A DNA stretch of 64,000 nt from Bdellovibrionota bacterium (GTDB lineage Bacteria > Bdellovibrionota_C > UBA2361 > CAKMMH01), in assembly GCA_050952645.1 (NCBI GenBank), contig JBMNLI010000007.1, positions 26,993 to 90,992 of the forward strand. Reading direction: 5' to 3'. The notes under the pieces are model-generated. The model was not told the DNA's origin and did not search any database. It saw only the letters and a program-made list of their open reading frames with translations. A program made the position numbers and the translations under genes. Below are positions 53,326-63,910 of the stretch, in pieces; position 1 is the stretch's first letter; every line of letters begins with the position of its first letter.

Positions 53326-53883
53326 ATGAATATATTAGGAGTTTTTATAATAGTTTTAGTAATATTACTACTTTGGGCAATCGCTATATATAATAGATTT
53401 ATAAAATTAAAAAATGGCACTAATGAATCTTATAGCGGAATAGACGTTCAGTTAAAAAGAAGATACGACCTAATTCCTAACTTAATCGAGGTTGTAAAAG
53501 GTTATGCTTCACATGAAGAAGGAACGCTACTAAAAGTTACGGAAGCTAGAAATATCGCAATGAGTGTAAATAAGGGAGATATAAAAGCTGCATCTGAAGC
53601 CGAAAACACGCTAACAAGCACGCTTAAAACCTTATTTGCACTAGCTGAAAATTATCCAGAATTAAAAGCGAACCAAAACTTTTTAGAACTTCAAAACTCA
53701 TTAAGCGATATAGAAGACGCTATCCAAAATGCTAGAAGATATTACAACGCTATCGTTAAAGATTACAATATCCTATGCGAAAGCTTTCCATCTGTAATAA
53801 TTGCAAGTATATTTAACTTTCAAAAAAGAGACTTTTTCGATATCGCTGATAATGAAAGAGAAAATATAAAAGTTAAGTTTTAG
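53326..53883 (+). CDS. lemA: LemA family protein
   Basis: IDVQLKRRYDLIPNL, AENYPELKAN, ARRYYN. Confidence 0.96.
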   Translation: MNILGVFIIVLVILLLWAIAIYNRFIKLKNGTNESYSGIDVQLKRRYDLIPNLIEVVKGYASHEEGTLLKVTEARNIAMSVNKGDIKAASEAENTLTSTLKTLFALAENYPELKANQNFLELQNSLSDIEDAIQNARRYYNAIVKDYNILCESFPSVIIASIFNFQKRDFFDIADNERENIKVKF

Positions 53884-53943
53884 TTAAATAAAAAAATAAA
53901 GTAAAAAATAAAATAAAAAATTAAAGTTAAGATATTTTTTAAT

Positions 53944-55020
53944 ATGGCAAATATTTTAGTATTAGGCGTAAAAATACCGTTTGTAGGTGGTGGACAAGAG
54001 GCTCTAGTAAGAAGCTTAGTAGCGGAGCTTAAAAGAAGAGGACATAGAGTAGATGCGATAGATATGCCCTTTTCACCATTTAAAAAAGAAGAGTATTTTA
54101 AGTTCGCCTCGATGTGGAGAAGTTTAGACTTATCATCATTTTGCGTGTTCGATGTCGATTTAGTAATCGCTACTAAATTTCCAACTTATTTTGCAAAGCA
54201 TGATAAAAAAAGCATATGGCTAGTGCATCAGCAACGTTCCTGCTATGACCTTTACAATACTAGATATTCAGATGTATCAGATGATATCGAAGATGAGGCT
54301 TATAGAAGGCTAGTTTATGAAACAGATATTAAAGCTATAAAAGAAGCATCTTACGTTTCTGCTATTTCAAAAAATGTTGCTAATCGCTTAGAAAAATTTA
54401 ATGGAATAAAAGCACATGTGCTTTATCCACCTTTAACGCTAGGAAACAGATATTATACTAAAAATCAAGATAATTATATTTTATCCATAGGAAGAATTTG
54501 CTCTATAAAACGTGTAGATATGCTTATAGAGGCACTTCCCTTTATAAAATCTGATATTAAAATTAAAGTAGCAGGAAGCTTCGATGAGCAAGCAACGGAA
54601 AGTTATCTAAAAAATATTATAGAAAAACATAATTTAAGTTCTCGAGTTGAGTTCTTAGGACGAATTTCAGACGAAGCACTACTAGAAGAATTAGCAAATG
54701 CACTAGCCGTATACTATGCGCCACTAGATGAAGATTATGGATACGTAACGCTTGAAGCTTTCGCCTCTTCAAAACCAGTAATAACGGCGTCAGATAGTGG
54801 AGGGTCTTTAGAGTTTGTTAAAGATAAAGAAAACGGATTAATCGTAGACCCTACACCTAAGGGAGTAGCTGAAAGTATAGAATACCTTGTGGCAAATAAA
54901 AATGAAGCAAAAAGAATGGGAGAAAATGCAAATAGATTAGTAAAAGAGTTAGGGTTAACGAGTGAAAGCTGGGATAATGTTATAACATCTTTGTTAAGCC
55001 CGATTAAAGATAAAATTTAA
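53944..55020 (+). CDS. Glycosyltransferase family 4
   Basis: GGQE, KRVD, EDYGYVTLEAFAS (EX7E) motif. Confidence 0.9.
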   Translation: MANILVLGVKIPFVGGGQEALVRSLVAELKRRGHRVDAIDMPFSPFKKEEYFKFASMWRSLDLSSFCVFDVDLVIATKFPTYFAKHDKKSIWLVHQQRSCYDLYNTRYSDVSDDIEDEAYRRLVYETDIKAIKEASYVSAISKNVANRLEKFNGIKAHVLYPPLTLGNRYYTKNQDNYILSIGRICSIKRVDMLIEALPFIKSDIKIKVAGSFDEQATESYLKNIIEKHNLSSRVEFLGRISDEALLEELANALAVYYAPLDEDYGYVTLEAFASSKPVITASDSGGSLEFVKDKENGLIVDPTPKGVAESIEYLVANKNEAKRMGENANRLVKELGLTSESWDNVITSLLSPIKDKI

Positions 55021-55052
55021 AAAGCCATAAAGAAAGCAATGAAAAGAAAGCA

Positions 55053-56321
55053 ATGAAAGAAAATAATAAACGTTTAAAGATAGCCTTTTTTACTCCTCTA
55101 AAAGAGGGAACGAAATCGTTCTATTTTTCTAAAAATATTTTACCTTTTTTAAAAGAATATTGTGATATAGATATTTTTTCAGATGAAACTATTGTTGAAA
55201 CTTTTTGCTCTTTAAACGTGTACCACTATAAGGCATCGTTTTTACATAATAAAGAAAAAAAGTATGATATCTTTTTTTATCAAGTAGAAGATAGTATAGA
55301 TACGAATTTTTGTAGGCTTCATTTATCATTAACCAAAGGGGTCGTTTTTTTTCACGATTATTACGTATTTACTTATCCACCTCAAGCTATCATTAGTAGC
55401 CTTGTAAAAGAGCAATGCGATAATATAAAAAGAGATTTAGGAAAAGCACTATTTTCATTAACGCCAAGCCCGTTTATTATTCATAAGGCGAAAGCCTACA
55501 CGAGAAATAATATCTCTTCGATATATAAAAATAATATAACTTATTTACCGTACCCATTAGAAGATTTTAATTTTAAAGATAATTTAAATGAGAAAATTAT
55601 TGAGAAAACTAATGAGAAAACTAATGAGAAAATTAAAGAACAAAATAAAACTATTAAAATTTTATTTGAGGGTAGCACTAGCAAAGATAGCAGATACTTT
55701 AAAATGCTTCGAGGCGTAAAAAATATAAAAGATAGCAAGCTTACTTGGCTTACTTCAAAAGAAGAAATAGAAGTAGCAAAAAAACTTTGTATCGATAATG
55801 GTATAAAACAATTTGAGGTTTTAGAAAATAATTTTAAAAATATGAAAGAGGCGATTTTAAAAGTAGATGTTGCTATATGTTTAGTAAAGTTTTTAAATCA
55901 CCATAATATATTTTTAATCCTTAACGCTCTTAAAAATGGCGTCTTTGTGATAGCAAATAAGCTACAAAATTCATATACTTTTATCGATGATTTAGAGATT
56001 TTTCCTAAAAATTATATCGCTAAAGTTAGTATAGGCAAAACGGAAGAAAAAGAGATAGAGTTTTTTATAAATGCTTACAAAGATGGTAAAGTAATGCTAG
56101 ATTATAAAAAACTATATGAAGAATATTTAATAAATTTTTCTTCAAAGTATGTAGCTAAAGATTTATATAATTTGCTACTTTCAATTTCAGATGATATAAA
56201 AGAATTTTATAAAGCATTTGAAAAGCTTGAACTTGAGGCTAGAAATAAAGTCCTTAAAAAAGCTTTCTTAAAAGATGATGAATATCTAAAAGATGCACGA
56301 GAAGAACTCGGGCTAGTGTGA
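55053..56321 (+). CDS. Divergent GT4-like protein
   Basis: IAFFTPL N-terminus and FFHD motif; lies between two GT4s; EX7E not recognisable. Confidence 0.55.
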   Translation: MKENNKRLKIAFFTPLKEGTKSFYFSKNILPFLKEYCDIDIFSDETIVETFCSLNVYHYKASFLHNKEKKYDIFFYQVEDSIDTNFCRLHLSLTKGVVFFHDYYVFTYPPQAIISSLVKEQCDNIKRDLGKALFSLTPSPFIIHKAKAYTRNNISSIYKNNITYLPYPLEDFNFKDNLNEKIIEKTNEKTNEKIKEQNKTIKILFEGSTSKDSRYFKMLRGVKNIKDSKLTWLTSKEEIEVAKKLCIDNGIKQFEVLENNFKNMKEAILKVDVAICLVKFLNHHNIFLILNALKNGVFVIANKLQNSYTFIDDLEIFPKNYIAKVSIGKTEEKEIEFFINAYKDGKVMLDYKKLYEEYLINFSSKYVAKDLYNLLLSISDDIKEFYKAFEKLELEARNKVLKKAFLKDDEYLKDAREELGLV

Positions 56322-56355
56322 TTAAAACTAGTATGATTAAATAAGGTGTTAAAGT

Positions 56356-57558
56356 ATGAGTAATAATAGTTTTGCATTCGTAGTTCCAAGGTATGGTAAA
56401 AAAATTGCTGGTGGTTGTGAAACTTTAGTTAGAGAGTTTGCAGAAAGGCTCGCTAAAAACGGTGATAATGTAGACGTTCTTTCTACTTGTGCAATCGATA
56501 ACAGAACTTGGGAAAATGCTTTAAAAGAAGAAGAAAAAGTTGAAGATGGTGTAAATGTAAAAAGATTTTTAGTAGATGATAGAGATCTAGAAAAATGGAT
56601 TCCATACCAAATAGAGTTAAGTGCAAATAAAATGATCTCGGTCGATGAGCAACTTACATGGATGAAAAATGGAGTTAACTCTACAAGACTTTACGAATAC
56701 ATAAAAAACAATGAGACAAAATATAGAGCAATATTTTTTGCACCATATCTTTTCGGGACTACATTTTGGGGAAGTTTAGTAGCCCCTAAAAAAAGTATTT
56801 TAATTCCATGTCTTCACGATGAAATTTACGCTTACACAGATATAGTAGCTAGCATGTTTAGGCAAGTAAGAGGCTGCGTGTTCAATGCATTGCCAGAAAA
56901 AACGCTTGCACAATCCTTATATGGTGAAGATATAAAAGGGGATAGCGTTGGTATGGGATTTATTTTGCCGAAAAACGAAGAGCAAGAAGCATTAAAGCCT
57001 TATTTCGATGATGAGTTTAATTATATTTTATACGTTGGAAGAAAAGAAACTGGTAAAAATGTTCATCTGCTAATAGATTATTTTACATCGTTAAAAGACG
57101 GTGCTAAGCTTCCGAAAGATTTAAAATTAGTTATAGCAGGTGGGGGGTCTTTTGAAGACCTTCAAAGAAAAGAGGCTAAAAATAGAGAAGATATAATAGA
57201 TATCGGATACGTTAGCGAGGAAGATAAACAAAGGTTAATTAAACATTCGCTTCTACTTTGCCAGCCGTCCGTAAATGAATCTTTTTCAATCGTTATAATG
57301 GAAGCTTGGGGTTTAAGAGTGCCAGTTTTAGTAAATGGTTTTTGCCAAGTTACTGCATACCATGTTAAAAATTCCGAAGGAGGTTTTACTTTTTCAAATA
57401 AAAGAGAGTTCGCATCATCTGTAAACAATATTTTACAAGAAAAGTTAGATAATAATAGCATACGTGCTAATAAAGGTTATGAATACGTAAAAGAAAAATA
57501 TAATTGGGATGCGATTATAAAGAAATTTTATAAAACTGTAGATGGAATTTTAAGTTAA
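56356..57558 (+). CDS. Glycosyltransferase family 4
   Basis: VVPRYG..IAGGCE, PCLHDE, ESFSIVIMEAW motif. Confidence 0.9.
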   Translation: MSNNSFAFVVPRYGKKIAGGCETLVREFAERLAKNGDNVDVLSTCAIDNRTWENALKEEEKVEDGVNVKRFLVDDRDLEKWIPYQIELSANKMISVDEQLTWMKNGVNSTRLYEYIKNNETKYRAIFFAPYLFGTTFWGSLVAPKKSILIPCLHDEIYAYTDIVASMFRQVRGCVFNALPEKTLAQSLYGEDIKGDSVGMGFILPKNEEQEALKPYFDDEFNYILYVGRKETGKNVHLLIDYFTSLKDGAKLPKDLKLVIAGGGSFEDLQRKEAKNREDIIDIGYVSEEDKQRLIKHSLLLCQPSVNESFSIVIMEAWGLRVPVLVNGFCQVTAYHVKNSEGGFTFSNKREFASSVNNILQEKLDNNSIRANKGYEYVKEKYNWDAIIKKFYKTVDGILS

Positions 57559-57568
57559 AATTTAAAAT

Positions 57569-59011
57569 TTATTTTTCTAAAATTCTTATAAGTGTAGTTC
57601 TATCGATTTTTAATTTCTTAGCAGTTAGTGTTTGATTGTTGTTGTTCTTTTTTAATTCATTACTAACTATAAGTTTTCTAAAACTATCGACTTTCTCTTT
57701 GAATGATAAAGAAGTATCAAGCATTAAATTATTTTCTATATAGCGCCTTGTCTCGTTATTTAAGCCATCTTTTTTATCTACGGCATTTTTATTTTCAATG
57801 TTTTTATTTGTGATATCTTTACCTACAAAAGAAATATCATCCTTTTCTATAAATTGTCTATTATGAAAATTAGCCTTATAAGCGCTTACTTTAATTATAG
57901 CTTCAAGTTCTCTAATGTTTCCTTGAAAGGGGTATGATTTTAATTTTTCTAAAGCTTTATCGTCGATATCTTTAATTATGATATCTTCTTTTTTTGAAAG
58001 TTCTTTTAGAAAAAATAAGCTTAAAGGTTTTATATCTTCTAGTCTTTCTCTTAGAGGAGGAAGCTCGATAATGGAGTGTGCAATTCTTTGGTAAAAGTCG
58101 AACCTTAATTTTTTATTTTCTATCGCCTCTTCAATATTTTCATTAGTAGCGCAAATAAGCCTAAAGTTTACGTTTATCTCTTTAGTATATCCAATTTTGC
58201 GAATTTTTTGTTCTTGAAGCACCGTTAGAAGTGCTATTTGAATCTCTATCGGAAGCAGTGCCACTTCATCTAGGAAAAATGTCCCATTGTTAGAAAGTTC
58301 TAAAAGTCCTTTTTTATCTTCCGTAGCACCTGTAAAAGCACCTTTTTTATGCCCGAAAAGATCTGAGTTTGTAAGGTCGTTAGATAAATAATTTGGTTGG
58401 TATCTTATAAATTGAGTGTCGCTATATTTTCCAAAAAGGTGAATAGCTTTTGCAACGAGTCCTTTTCCCGTGCCAGTTTCTCCCTTGATAAGAACTGATG
58501 AGTTGTTTTCACTCAAGAATAAAATTTCATCTCTAACTTTTTTTATAGCATCACTTTCCCCGATAATAAAATTTTCTAAATTATCTTGCGTAGTTTTATT
58601 TTTTAAATTTTCATATTCCCTAAGTAGCAAAGCTTGGCTAGCAGCATCTTTTATAAGCACAGCAAGGTGCGTAGCATCGGCAGGCTTTTTTAAAAAGTTT
58701 GAAGCTCCTAATCTTATAGCTTTTATACCACACTCTGAAGAAGTGTGCCCAGTTAAGATTATAATTTTACAAGTTTTATCTTCTTTTAAAAATTTTTGAA
58801 GAAGCTCATACCCACTTTCAACGCCTTTAGTCTCGTTTAGCTCTAAGTCTAATACTGCGACTAAGGGTTTTTTTAATTTTAAAATTTTAAAACTTTCTAC
58901 CTCGGATGATGATGTGTAGATATCTTTTTTTATCCCATTTGCGATTAAAGCTCTTTTTAAACTTATTAAGTAATCTTTATCATCATCGACTAGCAATATT
59001 GAGTTTGTCAT
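57569..59011 (-). CDS. sigma54-dependent response regulator (NtrC family)
   Basis: Receiver (VDDD, VLDL), GETGTGK, GAFTGA, FLDEV, C-terminal HTH. Confidence 0.95.
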   Translation of the reverse strand: MTNSILLVDDDKDYLISLKRALIANGIKKDIYTSSSEVESFKILKLKKPLVAVLDLELNETKGVESGYELLQKFLKEDKTCKIIILTGHTSSECGIKAIRLGASNFLKKPADATHLAVLIKDAASQALLLREYENLKNKTTQDNLENFIIGESDAIKKVRDEILFLSENNSSVLIKGETGTGKGLVAKAIHLFGKYSDTQFIRYQPNYLSNDLTNSDLFGHKKGAFTGATEDKKGLLELSNNGTFFLDEVALLPIEIQIALLTVLQEQKIRKIGYTKEINVNFRLICATNENIEEAIENKKLRFDFYQRIAHSIIELPPLRERLEDIKPLSLFFLKELSKKEDIIIKDIDDKALEKLKSYPFQGNIRELEAIIKVSAYKANFHNRQFIEKDDISFVGKDITNKNIENKNAVDKKDGLNNETRRYIENNLMLDTSLSFKEKVDSFRKLIVSNELKKNNNNQTLTAKKLKIDRTTLIRILEK

Positions 59012-59014
59012 ATT

Positions 59015-59671
59015 TTAGAAGCCCTTAATAGTAAAATGTATTAAATTTTTTTTAGAAGTAAGTTTTATAGTTAATCCTAAATCATTAAGTAAGATATCTG
59101 ATAATATAGCATCGATAGAGTCGATGTTATTTTTAACATTTATATATTCAAAAAGCGAGTTAAACTCTGCTTGGTCTTTAAGATTATTTTTTTCAGACAC
59201 TCTTTCAATCGCCTTAAAAGAGGAATTTAAAGTAAATTTATCTTCTTTTTTTTCTAGTCTTATTTTTAAATTACACTTTTCATCTAAAAAAAGATTTAAA
59301 GATTTAAAAACGCTATAAAGTAAAGTAAAATAATTAAAAAAATCGTTTTTGTTTAAAAAAACTAACTTATTAAATTCTTGTCCGTTTTCAAGCTCTATAA
59401 ACGAGAGTGTTTTTAATTCAGATATTAGAAAGTTTTCTTTTTTGTTAATTTCTTTATTTTCTTGATTGTTTATCATAAAAATAGCATTATCTACAATTAA
59501 GTTTATTTTATTTATGGAATTTTTAACTGAGTTATTAATTTGCGTCAGCTCATCGTTTTTTATAATGTGTGAGCAGTATTCCACGTCATTTTGAATAGTA
59601 GCAAGTGGAGTTCTAATTTTATGAGTAATCGCTTGCAAAAGATATGATAGTAGTTTTCTAGAGTTTTCCAT
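59015..59671 (-). CDS. HisKA-type H-box protein with degenerate ATPase domain
   Basis: THKIRTPLATI H-box; no sensor region; no recognisable N/G1/G2 boxes. Confidence 0.6.
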   Translation of the reverse strand: MENSRKLLSYLLQAITHKIRTPLATIQNDVEYCSHIIKNDELTQINNSVKNSINKINLIVDNAIFMINNQENKEINKKENFLISELKTLSFIELENGQEFNKLVFLNKNDFFNYFTLLYSVFKSLNLFLDEKCNLKIRLEKKEDKFTLNSSFKAIERVSEKNNLKDQAEFNSLFEYINVKNNIDSIDAILSDILLNDLGLTIKLTSKKNLIHFTIKGF

Positions 59672-59729
59672 AACTAAATTTAGTTTATTATATTTATAAG
59701 AAAAAATAAAAGATTTATAAAAAGATTAT

Positions 59730-60071
59730 ATGAATAAAGATACTAAAAAAATAGATATTAATAAAATAAATATAGACGCATTAGATGATAAAACCTCTGG
59801 CATATATTTAAAAGTGCCTGAAAAGAAAGTAGTTATGATGCAGTCTTATTTTGAAATTTATGATGGAATAGCAACGGTTAGAACGCTCGATATAAGAAAT
59901 TCGCTTATCTGTATTATAGTTCCAAATTGCAACTTGCAAATATGTTTAGAAATTTTAGAAAGTATTAAAAAAGATGTAGGTTTTGAGTTTATTAAAAAGC
60001 CTGAAAACATAAAAGAAAATGATTTTGTAGGTTTTAAGAATACGCAAGTTTTTAGAGGGGGTAGAGTATAA
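59730..60071 (+). CDS. DUF4911-like small protein
   Basis: SYFEIYDGIATVRTLD resembles the DUF4911 core. Confidence 0.55.
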   Translation: MNKDTKKIDINKINIDALDDKTSGIYLKVPEKKVVMMQSYFEIYDGIATVRTLDIRNSLICIIVPNCNLQICLEILESIKKDVGFEFIKKPENIKENDFVGFKNTQVFRGGRV

Positions 60072-60090
60072 ACTAAAATTTTAGTTCTTC

Positions 60091-61083
60091 TTATTTTGCA
60101 TTTACTATTTCTAAAAGGATATCATCGGCCGTTATATTATCGACATCTGCTGTAAAATTTAAGATAACCCTATGTCTTAGCGTTGGGATAAAGGCTTTTT
60201 TAATATCATCAAAAGAAGTATTTATTCTTCCATCTAAAAGAGCCAAAACCTTAGAGAGCATAATAAGTCCTTGAGCTCCTCTAGGGCCAGGAGGAAAAGA
60301 TACGTATTTTTTTACTTTCATCGTTGAAAATTTATTTTTAGGGTTTAAAGCTTCAAGCATTCTAACGACTACATCTAAAAGAGTTTCTGAGATTATCACT
60401 TCCTTTACGAGTGCTTTCATATTCGTTATAGTTTCTTTAGGGTTTTCAAACACGACATCTATTTTTGCGTTATCGCTTCTAGTAGTCCTTAAAATAATTT
60501 CTTTTAATTGAGTAGCGTTAGGTAAGGTTAAAATAAGTTTCGTTAAAAATCTATCTAGTTGTGCTTCGGGTAACGGATACGTTCCTTCGAGTTCTATCGG
60601 GTTTTGAGTAGCGAGAACGAAAAAGGGTTCTTTAAGTTTATAAGTTGTATCAAAACTCGATACTTGTCTTTCTTCCATCGCTTCAAGTAAGGCAGATTGC
60701 GTCTTAGGGGTAGCCCTGTTAATTTCGTCTGCTAGCACTATATTTGAAAAAATTGGGCCACGCTTAAAGGTAAAATCTCTTTTTCCGCTATCGTCTTGAG
60801 ATAAGATTAAAGTTCCCGTTAAATCGGTAGGCATTAAGTCTGGAGTAAATTGAATTCTTTTGAAATCTAAATTTAAAACTTGAGAAATAGTTTTAACGAG
60901 TAAAGTTTTGCCAAGTCCAGGGACACCTTCAAGGAGAACGTGTCCATTAGCAAAGATTGAAGCTAAGGTAAACTCTATAATATCGTCCATATCTACGATG
61001 CGTTTTTGAACCTCAGATTTTATCTTATAAAAATTTAAGCTAAACTCTTTTACTTTGTTTTCTAAGTCTTTAGTTGTTTCCAT
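60091..61083 (-). CDS. moxR: MoxR-family AAA+ ATPase
   Basis: GHVLLEGVPGLGKT, RIQFTPDLMP, DEINRATPKTQSALLEAM, ATQNPIELEGTYPLPEAQLDRF. Confidence 0.96.
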   Translation of the reverse strand: METTKDLENKVKEFSLNFYKIKSEVQKRIVDMDDIIEFTLASIFANGHVLLEGVPGLGKTLLVKTISQVLNLDFKRIQFTPDLMPTDLTGTLILSQDDSGKRDFTFKRGPIFSNIVLADEINRATPKTQSALLEAMEERQVSSFDTTYKLKEPFFVLATQNPIELEGTYPLPEAQLDRFLTKLILTLPNATQLKEIILRTTRSDNAKIDVVFENPKETITNMKALVKEVIISETLLDVVVRMLEALNPKNKFSTMKVKKYVSFPPGPRGAQGLIMLSKVLALLDGRINTSFDDIKKAFIPTLRHRVILNFTADVDNITADDILLEIVNAK

Positions 61084-61089
61084 AATGTT

Positions 61090-62715
61090 TTAATTATCTT
61101 TTAAAATATTTTGATATTCAAGAGGAATTTTAATTTTTTTCTGAGGCTTTTTGTTTTTATCATTTAATTTCGATGCTTCAATTTTAGTAGTTAGCTTAAT
61201 TGCATCGCCTTTAGTAAGCTCCCCCTGCACGCTCCCCTCGTTTTTATTAAGATCTTTTAAATCGTTTTTAATGAAAGCCTCCTTTAATTTAGGTGATACT
61301 TTTTTATCCTTTCTCGCCCGTTCTAGCTCTTTTCCATCTATGCTAGCACCGCCGTGGTATTCGTTTTCTTTATCTTCTTTATGCTTTTTCTTCTCTTTTT
61401 TATTTTCTTTCTCTTCTTTATTCTCTTCATTCTCTCCTTGATCTTGATTTTTTTCTTTATCTTTTTTCTCTTCTTTTGCTTTATTCTTTTCTTTATTTCC
61501 TTCTTTATTTCCTTCTTTTTCGTCTTTTAAAGGTTCTATCGATGAGGCATCACTTCTTTCTTTGTTATCGCTTTTGTTTTCATCTTGGGTTTCGTTTTGG
61601 GTTTTATCATTATTATTTTTTTCGATTTTACTATTATCGTGTTTTTGATTTTCTTTATTTTTATTTTCTTTTTCTTTTTTAATTTGTTCTTCAAGGTCTT
61701 TTTTTATTTTATCTAATTCTTTTTGTAAGTCGTTAATACTTGGGTTGTTGTAATCTTCGTCTCTTGCATTTTGTTTATCATTTTTTGTGCTATCTTGATT
61801 TTGAGTTTTGTTTTCTTCTTTATTTTGATTATTGGAATCTTGATTATTAGAAGTGTCTCCGTCTTGCTCTTTAGAATCTGCTCCTTTAGATTCCCCTTGT
61901 GTTTGAGTCTGAGTTTGAGTAGGTGGCAGAGTGTTTGTAGGAGTAAATGTAGGAGTAGGTGTAAGAGGCTTTTCGTTATCTTCTAAATTATCATTTGGAG
62001 CGTTTTTATTTAGGGTATTTTCTTTAAAGTTTTTAATATCATCTAAAGCTTTGGTTTTAGTAGTTTTAGTATTTAATTTTTCTATAAGGCCTTGAAGTTC
62101 ATTTTTAAATTTTTGAGAAATTGAGCTATCGGCTTTAATCTCACGGTTTATTTTATTTAATTTTTCTAAAGAGCTTTCGTTTATTATAGGAATAAATGTA
62201 AATTGCACTAGAAAACAAAACAAAAGTAAGTAATTTAAGAATAATAAAATATGAGTTTTTTTTATTTTAATTTCTTCAAAGCTCGAAGCTTTTTTAGAGT
62301 TTAATAAATAAGTTAATTGATTTTCTAGAAAAGTAATTTTTTCGTTATTGTTTGTGTTATCGTTTGTAGAATCATTCACGACGTTATTTATAGTATTATT
62401 TTTTATCTTTATATTTTTGATGGCTTCTAGGTAGCTTTCATATCTATTTTTTAAATTAAAGTGGGCATCTATTCTTAAATTTATTTTTTTCTTATTAAGA
62501 AAAATTATTACTAACGATAATATAAAAGAGATAATTATAGAAGAAATTAAAATTATAAAAAAATCTTTGTAATATAATTTTGAGTTTAATAAAAGAAAGT
62601 AAAAGATAACGATTAGACTATTTATAAATATAAAGACGAGGAGTAAGTCATAAAAAACTTTTAGAAAGCTCTTAAAATGTAAATCTTTTATAAATTTTTT
62701 TATATTTTTATTCAT
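61090..62715 (-). CDS. Hypothetical membrane protein with long charged low-complexity C-terminus
   Basis: N-terminal TMs, Pro/Thr tract, Lys/Glu/Asn-rich tail; precedes moxR in the same operon. Confidence 0.8.
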   Translation of the reverse strand: MNKNIKKFIKDLHFKSFLKVFYDLLLVFIFINSLIVIFYFLLLNSKLYYKDFFIILISSIIISFILSLVIIFLNKKKINLRIDAHFNLKNRYESYLEAIKNIKIKNNTINNVVNDSTNDNTNNNEKITFLENQLTYLLNSKKASSFEEIKIKKTHILLFLNYLLLFCFLVQFTFIPIINESSLEKLNKINREIKADSSISQKFKNELQGLIEKLNTKTTKTKALDDIKNFKENTLNKNAPNDNLEDNEKPLTPTPTFTPTNTLPPTQTQTQTQGESKGADSKEQDGDTSNNQDSNNQNKEENKTQNQDSTKNDKQNARDEDYNNPSINDLQKELDKIKKDLEEQIKKEKENKNKENQKHDNSKIEKNNNDKTQNETQDENKSDNKERSDASSIEPLKDEKEGNKEGNKEKNKAKEEKKDKEKNQDQGENEENKEEKENKKEKKKHKEDKENEYHGGASIDGKELERARKDKKVSPKLKEAFIKNDLKDLNKNEGSVQGELTKGDAIKLTTKIEASKLNDKNKKPQKKIKIPLEYQNILKDN

Positions 62716-62773
62716 ATCATTAGCACAAGCCCTAACTTAAAGCATGAAGCCCGTTTTTCTTCTAATCTTCATT

Positions 62774-63763
62774 TCAGTTCTTTATATCCACCGCATCTAT
62801 AAAGTATAAGCTTTTATTATTTGGGTTAAGAGAGAAAGATATAAAATTTCCGCTCGTCGGGTATAGAGCAGCCTTTATAGCCTTAGAACTTGGCGAGCAA
62901 ATAGGCGTAGGAGGAAGCCCAATATTTAAAAAAGTGTTAAATGGAGAGTATTGCTTTTTAGCTTCTTCGGTTAAGGGACGAGCCTCGTAGGGTTTTCCGT
63001 AGTATACTGTAGATGTTGCATTTAAAGGGAGTTCCTTTTTTAATCTATTGTGGTAAGTAGCAGATACATTTCTTAAAGTTAGCTGATCTTTTACAATATT
63101 TAACTCCGTGCACTCGCCTTCGATAATAGATGCTAAGATTAAAATTTCTTCTTTATCCATTCCTAAAAATTTGGCCTGCTGATCATATATCGGAAGCCAG
63201 TGTTTTTTTTCTTGCTCTAAAATTTTCGATATCATTTCTTCTATCGTTATAGGGAGACTAAATTTATACGTTGAAGGGAAAAGCCTTCCTTCAAGTGTTC
63301 CATTTTTTATACCTAAACTTACTATGTATTCTTTATCGTAAAATTTCTGTTCTAACTCTTCTTTAGTTCCTATGCCGGCAACCCTAAATTTTTCTATAAT
63401 TTTAGTAATAGTATCTGCTGGGGCTATCTTTAATTCTCTAACTTTAACATCAGCCTTGTTTATTTTTTTTACTATGCTTAGCGGCGTCATGGCCGCGGAG
63501 AGTTCGTATTCACCGATGTTAATTTTATTGTTGAATGAACGCAATTTAGCAATAGTGTGGAAGCTCCACCAATGCTTTATAATTTTTTCGTCTTCTAATA
63601 ATTTTCCTATTTCTTTCGTATCTCCTTTAACTATGATAAGTTTCGTTTCGGTAGACTTAGGCATATAAGCAGATAGAAACAAATAGTGCAAAATAAGATA
63701 AGTGCATAAAGCCGTTATTAGAGGAAAGAAAAAAAGAATGGAAAGTTTTATTATTTGCTTCAT
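62774..63763 (-). CDS. mltG: Endolytic transglycosylase MltG
   Basis: N-terminal TM, LEGRLFPSTY, LASIIEGE, SPFNTFLNIGLPPTPICSP. Confidence 0.92.
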   Translation of the reverse strand: MKQIIKLSILFFFPLITALCTYLILHYLFLSAYMPKSTETKLIIVKGDTKEIGKLLEDEKIIKHWWSFHTIAKLRSFNNKINIGEYELSAAMTPLSIVKKINKADVKVRELKIAPADTITKIIEKFRVAGIGTKEELEQKFYDKEYIVSLGIKNGTLEGRLFPSTYKFSLPITIEEMISKILEQEKKHWLPIYDQQAKFLGMDKEEILILASIIEGECTELNIVKDQLTLRNVSATYHNRLKKELPLNATSTVYYGKPYEARPLTEEAKKQYSPFNTFLNIGLPPTPICSPSSKAIKAALYPTSGNFISFSLNPNNKSLYFIDAVDIKN

Positions 63764-63789
63764 AGTTTATTTTGTTTTTAAATACTAAA

Positions 63790-63885
63790 TACGATGTGCA
63801 TATACGATGTGCATATAATTGTGCATACAATGTGAGCACGTAACTTATAATACATAACATATAACACATAATATATAACACATAA
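63790..63885. repeat. Adjacent short tandem repeats (tacgatgtgcata; tataacacataa)
   Basis: Read directly upstream of mltG. Confidence 0.7.
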
Positions 63886-63910
63886 TCCTTAACTTTGCAA
63901 AAAAGTTCAC

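Noticed and set aside
61151-63881. Short antisense or overlapping ORFs in the moxR-mltG region, and similar 60-120-aa track ORFs elsewhere
   Set aside because: They overlap well-supported genes and reflect low-complexity codon shadows.
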